Shown one piece after another: positions 16,660 to 25,165 of a stretch of 43,746 bases of DNA. The stretch comes from a virus (Duplodnaviria; Caudoviricetes): the IMG/VR virus record IMGVR_UViG_3300030095_001128, positions 1 to 43,746 of that record; one strand, written 5' to 3'. Within the stretch, counting starts at the first letter, position 1. Each line of letters starts with the position of its first letter. The notes under the pieces were generated by a model. The model did not search any database, was not told where the DNA came from, and saw only the letters and a list, made by a program, of their open reading frames with translations. The position numbers were made by a program, and so were the translations under genes.

Positions 16660-16899
16660 GTGTTTACAGTATTAAGTAAACTGAAATATCAACTAGCTAA
16701 AGAGATCACTAATGTGGAGAAGCAGTGGGATGATAATCCATCAAACGATTATTATTTTGCTGAGATTACTGGTCTAAGAAAAGCCCTAGAGTTCGTGCAG
16801 AAAGCAGAATCATCTGAATACAATGCACTAGATAAATGGGCACAAACAATACAAGGAGAGGACAATGCAGTCAACGTTAGGAAGCTATCAAGAGGTTAA
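16660..16899 (+). CDS. Hypothetical protein
   Basis: GTG start behind AAGGAG. Confidence 0.65.
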   Translation: MFTVLSKLKYQLAKEITNVEKQWDDNPSNDYYFAEITGLRKALEFVQKAESSEYNALDKWAQTIQGEDNAVNVRKLSRG

Positions 16900-17053
16900 C
16901 ATACACGACATCAAGTCTTTATCTATTGAGTCTGACTCGATACGTAATGGAAAGGTTTTTGTCAAGACTATTTATGCAAAAACAAAAGAAGGTATTACTG
17001 TGGAGATTAATTTCTTTGCAGATAAAGAGTCTGTATTGGAGACAAAAGACTAA
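16865..17053 (+). CDS. Hypothetical protein
   Basis: AGGAGAGG RBS, 62 aa. Confidence 0.6.
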   Translation: MQSTLGSYQEVNIHDIKSLSIESDSIRNGKVFVKTIYAKTKEGITVEINFFADKESVLETKD

Positions 17054-17065
17054 ATGAAATTATTA

Positions 17066-17145
17066 CAGGGCAGGCAGGATCGGTTTTTGCTCCAACAAAT
17101 TTTCCGATCCACTCCGCAACTACACATCTCAAAGGGCCTGCCCTG
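17066..17145. ncRNA. Candidate structured intergenic RNA (nested inverted repeats)
   Basis: Outer CAGGGCAGGC/GCCTGCCCTG (10 bp) and inner GGATCGG/CCGATCC (7 bp). Confidence 0.5.
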
Positions 17146-17169
17146 CCCCTATATACCAAAGGACAAATT

Positions 17170-17898
17170 ATGTTAGACATACAAAAGATATATGAAGACT
17201 GGTTGCGGAAAGGTAACGACCTTCATCGAAAGAAAAGATATCAAGGCAAGGAAGAATGGTTTCATGCTTCCTCAGCAGGAATGTGTATGAGAAAACATTA
17301 CTTCCAACACGTAGCAGAGGTAGAGCCAAAAGAAATAGATGATAATACAATGAGGTTATTTAGGCTTGGAGACTTAGTACATGGAGATGTACAGGAAGCA
17401 TTGATGGACTATGCAAGAATTAACGGTTCTCAAATAATGATAGAACGTGAAATAAGATTACCAGAGGTAAATGTGCGTGGTTTCTTAGATGTGGCGATTG
17501 TTGAGGACAATGCATTGTATGATATAAAAACTTGCAATGCTTGGAAATGGAAAGGTTTATTTGGTCGTAACCCTGACCCTAACCCATCTGTGAATTATAA
17601 TATACAGTTAGGTACGTATGGTTGGTGGGTAGAGGAACATACTGGGAACAAATTAAAGAAATTGTCGTTACTATATTACAATAAAGATAATTCAAGAATG
17701 AAAGAAAAGATAGTGCCAACATCATACATACAGAAAGCAAAAGAATACTGGCATCATGTTAACAAGAATTTTGAAACAGGTAATCCACCTATTGAGCTAG
17801 GTGTAGCTCCTGTATATAAATGGGAGTGCAACCCTAAGTATTGCAACTTCTATGAAATATGCGGTGGTGGATACAAAGAGAAAGGAGTCGATCTATGA
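17170..17898 (+). CDS. Cas4-like PD-(D/E)XK exonuclease (phage recombination type)
   Basis: HASSAGMC, GDLVHG, RGFLD, YDIKT, QLGTYG and a C-terminal C-x4-C-x5-C Fe-S-type cluster. Confidence 0.85.
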   Translation: MLDIQKIYEDWLRKGNDLHRKKRYQGKEEWFHASSAGMCMRKHYFQHVAEVEPKEIDDNTMRLFRLGDLVHGDVQEALMDYARINGSQIMIEREIRLPEVNVRGFLDVAIVEDNALYDIKTCNAWKWKGLFGRNPDPNPSVNYNIQLGTYGWWVEEHTGNKLKKLSLLYYNKDNSRMKEKIVPTSYIQKAKEYWHHVNKNFETGNPPIELGVAPVYKWECNPKYCNFYEICGGGYKEKGVDL

Positions 17899-18293
17899 GC
17901 GACAAACAACCCGATTGGGATAAGATAACAGAAGGTAAAATACGACATGGTGTCGCAGTAGCCTTCATTGAGAAAGGACAAGAGCTTACACCTGACAATA
18001 TGAAGTCAATGGAGAAGTGGGTGCAGTTTATTATACACGGCTATCACGGTATTAAAGACATACTAGATAAGAAGAAAGCCATGACAGATAAAGAACTGAT
18101 AGAGGAAGTCAAGGATAAGTTCAATGGTACAGTCATTAAAGAAACTGATGAAGAGTACGTCACTAAAAAAATCACAGATGCTGTGAAAAATGTAGGTGCA
18201 AAGAATAAGAACAAAGTACTATATCAATTAAAGAATGGCAACATTACTCTTGATAACCTAGAGGCCTGCCTTTCTAAGATAGAGGCAATGTAG
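17895..18293 (+). CDS. Hypothetical protein
   Basis: Start MSDKQPDW behind AAGGAG. Confidence 0.75.
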   Translation: MSDKQPDWDKITEGKIRHGVAVAFIEKGQELTPDNMKSMEKWVQFIIHGYHGIKDILDKKKAMTDKELIEEVKDKFNGTVIKETDEEYVTKKITDAVKNVGAKNKNKVLYQLKNGNITLDNLEACLSKIEAM

Positions 18294-18303
18294 TAATACC
18301 AAC

Positions 18304-18777
18304 ATGGAAATAGGAGATGCATTTTACCCTGATGATCCATTTGACTTCGGCAAGTCAGTTCCTGTTGGAAGATACACGGCTCATATAATAGGTATGGAAT
18401 TGTCTGAGAACGTAAAGTTCGGTAGGTATGTGGCAGACGTATTCAAACCAGAGTATGAGATAGACAGGAACGAGCATCCCAACTATGCCGATAATACCGT
18501 AAGGGATAATGGAATATTCAGATACAAAAAAACAGAAGATGCAATATACGAGCACAAGAAGAACTGGGGATTTGCAAAGTTTATTTCTATGATGGGCATT
18601 GGGAAAGAGGAGAGGAAGAGTGGGCAACTACCCTTCCTCTACCTCCACGATATTAAGATGGCAAAGGTATTGATAGATGTATTTAAAAAGAAATTTTTAA
18701 ATGACTTAGATGAAGAAATTCACTACCCCGTAGCAAGAGTTATCCAACTCATAGACAAAGCACCTGTACCTTTCTAA
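18304..18777 (+). CDS. Putative single-stranded DNA-binding protein (DUF669-like)
   Basis: VPVGRYTAHIIG motif and C-terminal VPF. It lies next to the exonuclease. Confidence 0.45.
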   Translation: MEIGDAFYPDDPFDFGKSVPVGRYTAHIIGMELSENVKFGRYVADVFKPEYEIDRNEHPNYADNTVRDNGIFRYKKTEDAIYEHKKNWGFAKFISMMGIGKEERKSGQLPFLYLHDIKMAKVLIDVFKKKFLNDLDEEIHYPVARVIQLIDKAPVPF

Positions 18778-19259
18778 TGGATATACTAACAAAAAAAGGA
18801 CAGAAGTCTTTGGAGTATGAAAGAAAGATGCTAGATAAAATAAACTTTCATATATGCAAAGAGCACAAAGAGAACTCTATGTTGATAGAGACAGACAAAA
18901 ACATGGATGCTAAGGTGGATGGAATTATTGTGAAAAATAATCAGGTCTCAGGAATTTTCGAGTCTAAGTGTAGAGATATGAGTCTTATGAAACTCAGAGA
19001 GTTTGGATCTTGGCTTATTACTTTTGACAAAATACTTGAAGGTAGAAAAATATCACAGCTTTTAAGAGTTCCTTTCATTGGCTTTCTTTATTTGATACCA
19101 GATGAGATTGTTATGTATTGGAAGATTACAGATAAATATGGGAACTTTTTATTTGATTTTGACGTTAAAAATACAAGAACACAAAAAACAATTAACGGTG
19201 GTAGCATTATTAGAACCAATGCATATCTACCAGTAAAAAGAGGAACAGAACTATTATGA
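18777..19259 (+). CDS. PD-(D/E)XK-fold nuclease-like protein
   Basis: AKVDGII...IFESKCR. Confidence 0.6.
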   Translation: MDILTKKGQKSLEYERKMLDKINFHICKEHKENSMLIETDKNMDAKVDGIIVKNNQVSGIFESKCRDMSLMKLREFGSWLITFDKILEGRKISQLLRVPFIGFLYLIPDEIVMYWKITDKYGNFLFDFDVKNTRTQKTINGGSIIRTNAYLPVKRGTELL

Positions 19260-19501
19260 AAGAGTACACCTGTACAGCTTTGATTAAGTATTCTAAACAA
19301 GAAGTTGAGTTACATATCAACGCACTAAAGATAGCATTGCAAGGAGAGAGCATGCAAAGTTATCGAGGCCCCTATCTTGCGTTATTAAAAGACATGGAGA
19401 GAATCAAGGATCAAATGTTAGATAAAGAAAACGATGCGATGGCAGATAGATCGTCAAATACAGACTTAGTTGTTAAAGGTAGTGTATCAGAAAATGTTTG
19501 A
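19256..19501 (+). CDS. Hypothetical protein
   Basis: 81 aa, ATGA coupling. Confidence 0.7.
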   Translation: MKEYTCTALIKYSKQEVELHINALKIALQGESMQSYRGPYLALLKDMERIKDQMLDKENDAMADRSSNTDLVVKGSVSENV

Positions 19502-19664
19502 TCTTACCAGAACAAAATATGTAAATGGTCAGTATGTCATAGAATATCTATATCAATGTGATAAGTGTGACAATACTCACTGGTCAGATTCTAAAAGACT
19601 TTACATGAGTTGTCCTAATTGTAGAAGTAAAAAACAACACAGTAAAATGAGGTTAGCAGTATGA
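19494..19664 (+). CDS. Zinc-ribbon protein
   Basis: YQCDKC...CPNCRS. Confidence 0.6.
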   Translation: MFDLTRTKYVNGQYVIEYLYQCDKCDNTHWSDSKRLYMSCPNCRSKKQHSKMRLAV

Positions 19665-19993
19665 AGAATCCTAAAAATGTACAACGTGGAAGAAGAGCAA
19701 GGCAACGTGGTGCAGAGTTACAGAGGCAAGCCGTACGTATGGCAAAAGAAGCAGGGCTAGAAGCATTTAATAGAGATAGAGGTGGAGCACAACACGAGCA
19801 AGGAGACATAGAAATTGAAGGTCAGTACTTTGGTTGCAAAAGAAGGAAACAGATAGCGGTATGGATGAAGCCAGAAAAACAAGAGCATGGTGTGGTGATT
19901 CGTGAGGATCGTGGTAAACCATACATTGTATTAGACTATGAATATTTTATTAACACATTATCTATAATGAAGGAGATGGCAGATGAAAAATAA
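19661..19993 (+). CDS. Holliday-junction resolvase-like protein (Hjc-like, divergent active site)
   Basis: RARQRGAELQR...GDIEI...GCKRRK...VVIREDRGK. Confidence 0.6.
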   Translation: MKNPKNVQRGRRARQRGAELQRQAVRMAKEAGLEAFNRDRGGAQHEQGDIEIEGQYFGCKRRKQIAVWMKPEKQEHGVVIREDRGKPYIVLDYEYFINTLSIMKEMADEK

Positions 19994-20201
19994 TAAACTA
20001 ATGGGGACAAGAGGTCTGGTTACTTATTATAAGAAAATTATCAAAGAAGGTCGAGTTTCAGAAAACGGATCGACTTACAAAAGAATGGTAGAACTGGAAA
20101 CAAAATTGAATAACAGAACAGGGCAAGCAAGTTCTTACGAAAGAGAGAAAAAGAATGCAAATGGTAAATCTCTTGGTTGGCTAACTAAGGTAATGAATTA
20201 G
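19983..20201 (+). CDS. Basic hypothetical protein
   Basis: 72 aa, AAGGAG upstream. Confidence 0.65.
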   Translation: MKNNKLMGTRGLVTYYKKIIKEGRVSENGSTYKRMVELETKLNNRTGQASSYEREKKNANGKSLGWLTKVMN

Positions 20202-20224
20202 CTTGCCCATAACTAGGAGGCACA

Positions 20225-20434
20225 ATGGCCGAATACAAACAAAAAGAAAACAGCTTTACGCTGTGGAAAAACAAGTTCAAAAAAGATGGCGATAAGAAGC
20301 CTGATTATACTGGTAACGGTATGGTAAACGGAGAGAAGAAAGACTTTTCTTTGTGGATCAACGAAACCGACAAGGGAGATAGGTATCTTTCTGGCCAGTT
20401 TAAAGAAGAATACAAAAAAGACACGCCATTCTAG
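20225..20434 (+). CDS. Small DUF736-like / SSB-like protein
   Basis: LWKN...KKPDYTG...SLW...YLSG and C-terminal PF. AGGAGG RBS. Confidence 0.65.
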   Translation: MAEYKQKENSFTLWKNKFKKDGDKKPDYTGNGMVNGEKKDFSLWINETDKGDRYLSGQFKEEYKKDTPF

Positions 20435-20444
20435 TGCTTGTTAA

Positions 20445-20472
20445 TAATAGGGGGGCTACGGCCCCCTTATTA
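20445..20472 (+). terminator. Hairpin, likely intrinsic terminator
   Basis: GGGGGC-TACG-GCCCCC with TAATA/TATTA flanks and T-rich sequence downstream. Confidence 0.65.
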
Positions 20473-20557
20473 AATAGTTTATTTTTAGGCGATACTTATG
20501 TCCAATAACTTATTTTACAGCCATAATCGTGAGATTAGAGGGGGTTTTTTAGAGGCA

Positions 20558-20800
20558 ATGTTTGAAATTTGTACTAAAACAAATAAAATGTGTGGTTTCT
20601 GTGGATTTGCTACATTTGATCCAAAAAATCAAGGATACAGCAAAGAAAAGAAAATGTTTTGTGGAATTGCAAGTAGTTACGACACTTTAGTTTCTTCACT
20701 TCCAGAGTGTTGGTTGAAAATGACAAAGAGTCAAAGGTCTACTTACTCAAAAAAAAAGAAAGATGAATATTTGTCAATGATGATAAGGAGAAAACAGTAA
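20558..20800 (+). CDS. Cys-rich hypothetical protein
   Basis: Start MFEIC behind GAGG. C...CGFC...FCG...CW. Confidence 0.65.
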   Translation: MFEICTKTNKMCGFCGFATFDPKNQGYSKEKKMFCGIASSYDTLVSSLPECWLKMTKSQRSTYSKKKKDEYLSMMIRRKQ

Positions 20801-21153
20801 TGGATATACTAGATGATTTTTCCAGTAAGCCAACATTAACATATCACTGCATAAAAGAAGACTGTAATAATTCTTATGTGTCTGATGGATACATATTTAT
20901 GGTATGTAAATTACATGGTAAGGACAGGCCAGTTATGAGGTACGATGGAAAGAAAGAAAGCGATTTGCAAGATGAATTAGATAATCAAGAAAGATTGTCG
21001 GAAGAACATTCAAAAGAAATTATGGGTATCATTGCTGATTGTTTTACGAAGAGAGTTACAGGAGATGCTTATTACAAAAAACTAGCTGACTTCTGGGAGA
21101 GGATTGGGTTTCCAGATTTTGCAGAAGAAACTTTGTTGCATGTTAAGGATTAG
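20800..21153 (+). CDS. Hypothetical protein, last gene of the rightward arm
   Basis: 117 aa. Overlaps the convergent 1339 aa gene by 11 nt. Confidence 0.7.
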   Translation: MDILDDFSSKPTLTYHCIKEDCNNSYVSDGYIFMVCKLHGKDRPVMRYDGKKESDLQDELDNQERLSEEHSKEIMGIIADCFTKRVTGDAYYKKLADFWERIGFPDFAEETLLHVKD

Positions 21154-24100
21154 TTCTTCTAACGTTTTCTTGTCTTTTCTTTATTCTATTTATAATTCTT
21201 TCTGTGATTGAATCAGCATCATAATCATCATATAAAATAGGATTTTCTGATCCATACGTTCTATTGTAATCCTGTATTAACCTTACTGCCTTATCGCTGT
21301 CTCCTTCTATAATAGAGTCTTTTATATCTCCTAATCTCAACTGTTTAATCCTTAGAACATAGGCGTTTCTTTGACCAACGGGTTCAAACTTCTCAGCAAA
21401 TCTTCTAGGAACTGTACCGAGTATAGGAGCCACATACTTTGGAAGTCTTTTCGCTGTTCCTAATCCGTATGTCTTTGTATCTTCTATTGTTCTGGTCATA
21501 GCACTCCATATCTTATCAAAGTCTTGAACAATAGCAGGCTTGAAAGCAAATTCAAGAGCTCTTATTTTATTTTCATTAGCAACAATATCTCCTATGACAC
21601 CAAATGCACCAACAGATGCAAACCTATCTACATAATCATCTATGGTAAATTCAGACATTTCTACAAACTGATCTGATCCCACCTCTGATAGCTTAGTTCC
21701 TTTTAATAAATAAGGAAACATATATCTATTATTATCATAAACCTCATTACCCGCTATCAACTCTGCAAATGCATCCCTTGCATAACCAACAAACTCACCA
21801 CCTGCCATTCCTGCTACTCCAAGCCTTAGCATTGGAAACAAATTACCACGAGACACTTCGGCCTGTAACTGTTCTCTCATCCAGTTAAATTGTTTGTAAC
21901 CAAATTTTTTAAACAAAAAGAAAGGTCTCCATCTAGGATCAAGAGAAACTAGAGGCTCTGTAAGTACATTTCTTTGTAGCTGACTATCTCTTGAGAACTT
22001 GTACATAGCCTCATATAGCTGTCTTTGTGTAGGGGTTTTTGTATGGTCAGCAAACCCTAACTCATTAAGTGTTTTTATTGCCCACTGTCTTCTATTTATC
22101 CTAGCACCACCCAATAACTGAGGTAGTTTTATTCCAGTATCTAACAACGCACTTTTACCATTAGCTGTTTTTCGTAGAGATAGTATCCATTCCCTACCTG
22201 CGGCCGCAGAAAGTATTTGATTGTATTCGTTTATTCTTTGAAACTGAGACACTCTTGTTGTTAAGTCTGCAAACTTTCCCATGAACCTATCGGAAGGTTC
22301 TAAATTAGATATCATTTGAAATACAGATAAATTAGAAACACCAGACTTCCTAATCGCATCTCTGTATCTTAATCCAGTTTTAGAATCTACAACAGGATTT
22401 ACAGATAAATTATACATTGACCTAACCAAAGGTCTATATCCTGTTCGTATTGCAGTAGATATAAAGGTCTGTGTTATGTTTGGTATTGTAGCAAAACCTA
22501 AACCTATTTTTGTACCAATTTGAAAGTCAACAATGTCTCCCCAAAACTTTCTTGCAGTTGATGATTTCCAATTATACTCTGGGCTAATCTCTATCTTATT
22601 TGTAGAGGCAGAAAACAACTGTTTTAAAAGCCTGCTTGATTCACTGAATTGCTTTGAAAGTTTTAAGTCTCCTGTTTTTAAAGCATCCTTTGAAGACTTG
22701 TGTAAGGCGTTAATCCTACTAGTAATAACCTCACCTTTTTTTCCAAACGTTTCTACAAAAGATATTCTATTGGACACTTGCTTTGCATACCTAGACAAAA
22801 CCAATCGAGCATCTCTTTCCATAAACTCTTTGGGAATCTTTACACCTTTCCTTGCTACTTCTAAATTTTTTGCAGTGTTTGCAAATTGTACAGTAACCGC
22901 ACGATTTAAATCATAAAAAGCCTGAGCCATTTTTTTATTTACATCTGCTTGCTGTGCCCTTGTTTTTGGCGTTACACTAGGGTCAACTCCACCCATTTTT
23001 TGCAATGCACTAATAGTTGCAGGATCAAACTGCTTTGTATCCACATAAGATTTTAACAAAGCCTGAAAGTTTTTATCGTTTGCCAACTTACTATCAAATG
23101 CCAACTCAGCATTATTCTTTGCTAGGTTTGCTATGTCTTTATTAAAGATGCCAAGAAACTCAGGTTTTATCATGTGCGGAAAATAAAACTGTTCTTTAGG
23201 CCCTAAGTCAATTCCTATCTTATTAGAAATCTCCCATATCGTATCAAATGTTTTTCTAACCTCTTTAACCTGTTGAAAACCCGGAAGGTCTTTGTTCTTA
23301 GCGATAGCATATCTTGGGTCTTCCAACCTATCGGCAAGTAATTCGCTTTGTTCTTGCAGTTTTCTTCTTTTAAATAAACCACCTTTAAATACACCTGCAC
23401 TCCTAAACTGCTGAATAAAATCACCAGTTAACGTAAGCTCTCGTATGTTAAAACGATCAAAGTCTCTAAAAGATAACGTCTCTAATTGTGTTGTTCCTCT
23501 GTTTTTAGTCTGTCTATAAAACTTAGGAAGCTTAGGAAATAGCTCGTCTAAAAACCTTTTCTTAGGCAACAAGCTACCTTCCCAACCTGCTTCTTTAAGA
23601 CCGTTTCCTAAGTCCAATACTCTTTTTTCATGCCTTAGTTCATTTAAAAGCTTAAGCCTCTCAACACCACTCAATGAACTTAAAGAATATTTGTTTTTCA
23701 CACCCTCTTCTGGAGTCTTCAACCTTGAGGCATCAATGTGCTCATTAAACTTTTTACTGTCTAAATTTAATTCTTTCGTAAGGTTTTTAATTTGATTGTT
23801 ACGGTAAGTAGCAAGACCTTTTTCCGTTCTTGCTTTGCTTTTTCTTCTAAACAGCAACTGGTCAAACTGGTCATAGTTTATCTTATCAACCTTTTGAGTG
23901 GTTTTATTTCTTAATTGTACGGTTTTATTTTTGTCACTAAATCGCAAACGATCAAATTCAGTTCCATATCTATCTGTAAAAACCTCACTAGACTCAATCA
24001 TATTTCGCCTACTTACTTTTTGATCTATACCACCTTCTGCCTTTGATCCCCTTTCTTCCATTATATACCTTGCTGTCGTTTCAGCATCCATTGCGTTTTC

Positions 24101-25162
24101 GTACTGCCTAGACTTTACAGAATCTATGCCTTTCTTAGCATATTTCAATGCCGCCTTCTGTGCTGTTAGTCCACCTATAACTCCTGCCGCATGTATATAT
24201 CCCTCTACATTTATATCTTCTCCACTAAGAATAGGAGCAAGAGTACCAAACTCAGCGGTCTCTACGGCTTTCACAGCAAGTGTTTGAGTTGCAGGATTTA
24301 ACCCTTTTAAAGCAGACCTAACAATCGGCCCAGTCCCCGCTGTTACAGCACCTAAAGCACTACCTTTAATCCCTTCTTTTAAAGCCATAGCCTCATCAAA
24401 ATCACCGCTTTCTATCTTTGTCATTTGCCCTGTGGCTAACCCCTGATAAAATCCTAATCCTGTTGCTCCAGCCGCACCTTCAATTAATGCTTTATGAACT
24501 ACTCTAGGAGCGGCCTGCTCTACAGCTTTCTTCGCTACCGTAGGTGCAACTCCACCATTTACCATTAATTGTATTGCTTTATTTGGAGCGTTACCTAATA
24601 TTTGTTTTACCGCCAGATCATCTAATTTTTTTGTTACAATAGTATTAGTAGCTGTTTTTGATAACCCTTTCTTTAAAGCTTCTTTTGCCCCTGTTTTTAA
24701 AGCTTGTTTAGCGGCGAATCCTCCAATACCACCACCAGCCGCCATCGTTGCAAAATCTAGTGGCTGTATAAAAGATATTACAGTAGCCCCTATATCTTGT
24801 AAAGTTTCTGGTTTGTAATCCCCTAGCTCAAATCTTTTTTCTCCAGATATTATCTGTTCAGACAAACCCGTTATGCTCCTATTGTATCCGTCCTTAACCC
24901 AATCTGGTAGCCACCCTCCGGGTATAAACCCGTATAAAGTTTCATCTTCAGATGACTTTCTTATTTTGTTTGATTCCTGTAAAAAGTTTTCTGTGTATGC
25001 ATCAGGGTCAAACGTGTCGGTAACAGGATCAGAATCAGATTCTAAAAAATCCGACCTTCCATGTAGACTGTTTAAAGTTGTAGTATTTATTTTATCTGGG
25101 TTATTATAAGCCAGATTTAAAGCATCTGCAAAAGACCTATATGAATCTGGATTTGTTGGCAT
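21143..25162 (-). CDS. Large internal virion / DNA ejection protein (putative)
   Basis: 1339 aa, Ala/Gly-rich hydrophobic N-terminal third. Last of three genes after the nozzle, as in podoviruses. Confidence 0.65.
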   Translation of the reverse strand: MPTNPDSYRSFADALNLAYNNPDKINTTTLNSLHGRSDFLESDSDPVTDTFDPDAYTENFLQESNKIRKSSEDETLYGFIPGGWLPDWVKDGYNRSITGLSEQIISGEKRFELGDYKPETLQDIGATVISFIQPLDFATMAAGGGIGGFAAKQALKTGAKEALKKGLSKTATNTIVTKKLDDLAVKQILGNAPNKAIQLMVNGGVAPTVAKKAVEQAAPRVVHKALIEGAAGATGLGFYQGLATGQMTKIESGDFDEAMALKEGIKGSALGAVTAGTGPIVRSALKGLNPATQTLAVKAVETAEFGTLAPILSGEDINVEGYIHAAGVIGGLTAQKAALKYAKKGIDSVKSRQYENAMDAETTARYIMEERGSKAEGGIDQKVSRRNMIESSEVFTDRYGTEFDRLRFSDKNKTVQLRNKTTQKVDKINYDQFDQLLFRRKSKARTEKGLATYRNNQIKNLTKELNLDSKKFNEHIDASRLKTPEEGVKNKYSLSSLSGVERLKLLNELRHEKRVLDLGNGLKEAGWEGSLLPKKRFLDELFPKLPKFYRQTKNRGTTQLETLSFRDFDRFNIRELTLTGDFIQQFRSAGVFKGGLFKRRKLQEQSELLADRLEDPRYAIAKNKDLPGFQQVKEVRKTFDTIWEISNKIGIDLGPKEQFYFPHMIKPEFLGIFNKDIANLAKNNAELAFDSKLANDKNFQALLKSYVDTKQFDPATISALQKMGGVDPSVTPKTRAQQADVNKKMAQAFYDLNRAVTVQFANTAKNLEVARKGVKIPKEFMERDARLVLSRYAKQVSNRISFVETFGKKGEVITSRINALHKSSKDALKTGDLKLSKQFSESSRLLKQLFSASTNKIEISPEYNWKSSTARKFWGDIVDFQIGTKIGLGFATIPNITQTFISTAIRTGYRPLVRSMYNLSVNPVVDSKTGLRYRDAIRKSGVSNLSVFQMISNLEPSDRFMGKFADLTTRVSQFQRINEYNQILSAAAGREWILSLRKTANGKSALLDTGIKLPQLLGGARINRRQWAIKTLNELGFADHTKTPTQRQLYEAMYKFSRDSQLQRNVLTEPLVSLDPRWRPFFLFKKFGYKQFNWMREQLQAEVSRGNLFPMLRLGVAGMAGGEFVGYARDAFAELIAGNEVYDNNRYMFPYLLKGTKLSEVGSDQFVEMSEFTIDDYVDRFASVGAFGVIGDIVANENKIRALEFAFKPAIVQDFDKIWSAMTRTIEDTKTYGLGTAKRLPKYVAPILGTVPRRFAEKFEPVGQRNAYVLRIKQLRLGDIKDSIIEGDSDKAVRLIQDYNRTYGSENPILYDDYDADSITERIINRIKKRQENVRRTNP

Positions 25163-25165
25163 GTT

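Noticed and set aside
17066-17148. tRNA gene
   Set aside because: No T-loop GTTC motif or cloverleaf. I recognised no tRNA anywhere in the window.
17170-17898. CRISPR-associated cas4
   Set aside because: There is no array or other cas gene. Stand-alone Cas4-like nucleases are common phage recombination genes.
19141-19170. Seventh ECF-type promoter (GGAAC-N18-GTTAAA)
   Set aside because: It is inside a coding region with no leader or gap nearby, so possible but unsupported. The GGAACTT copies near 1251 and 13580 lack the GT box.
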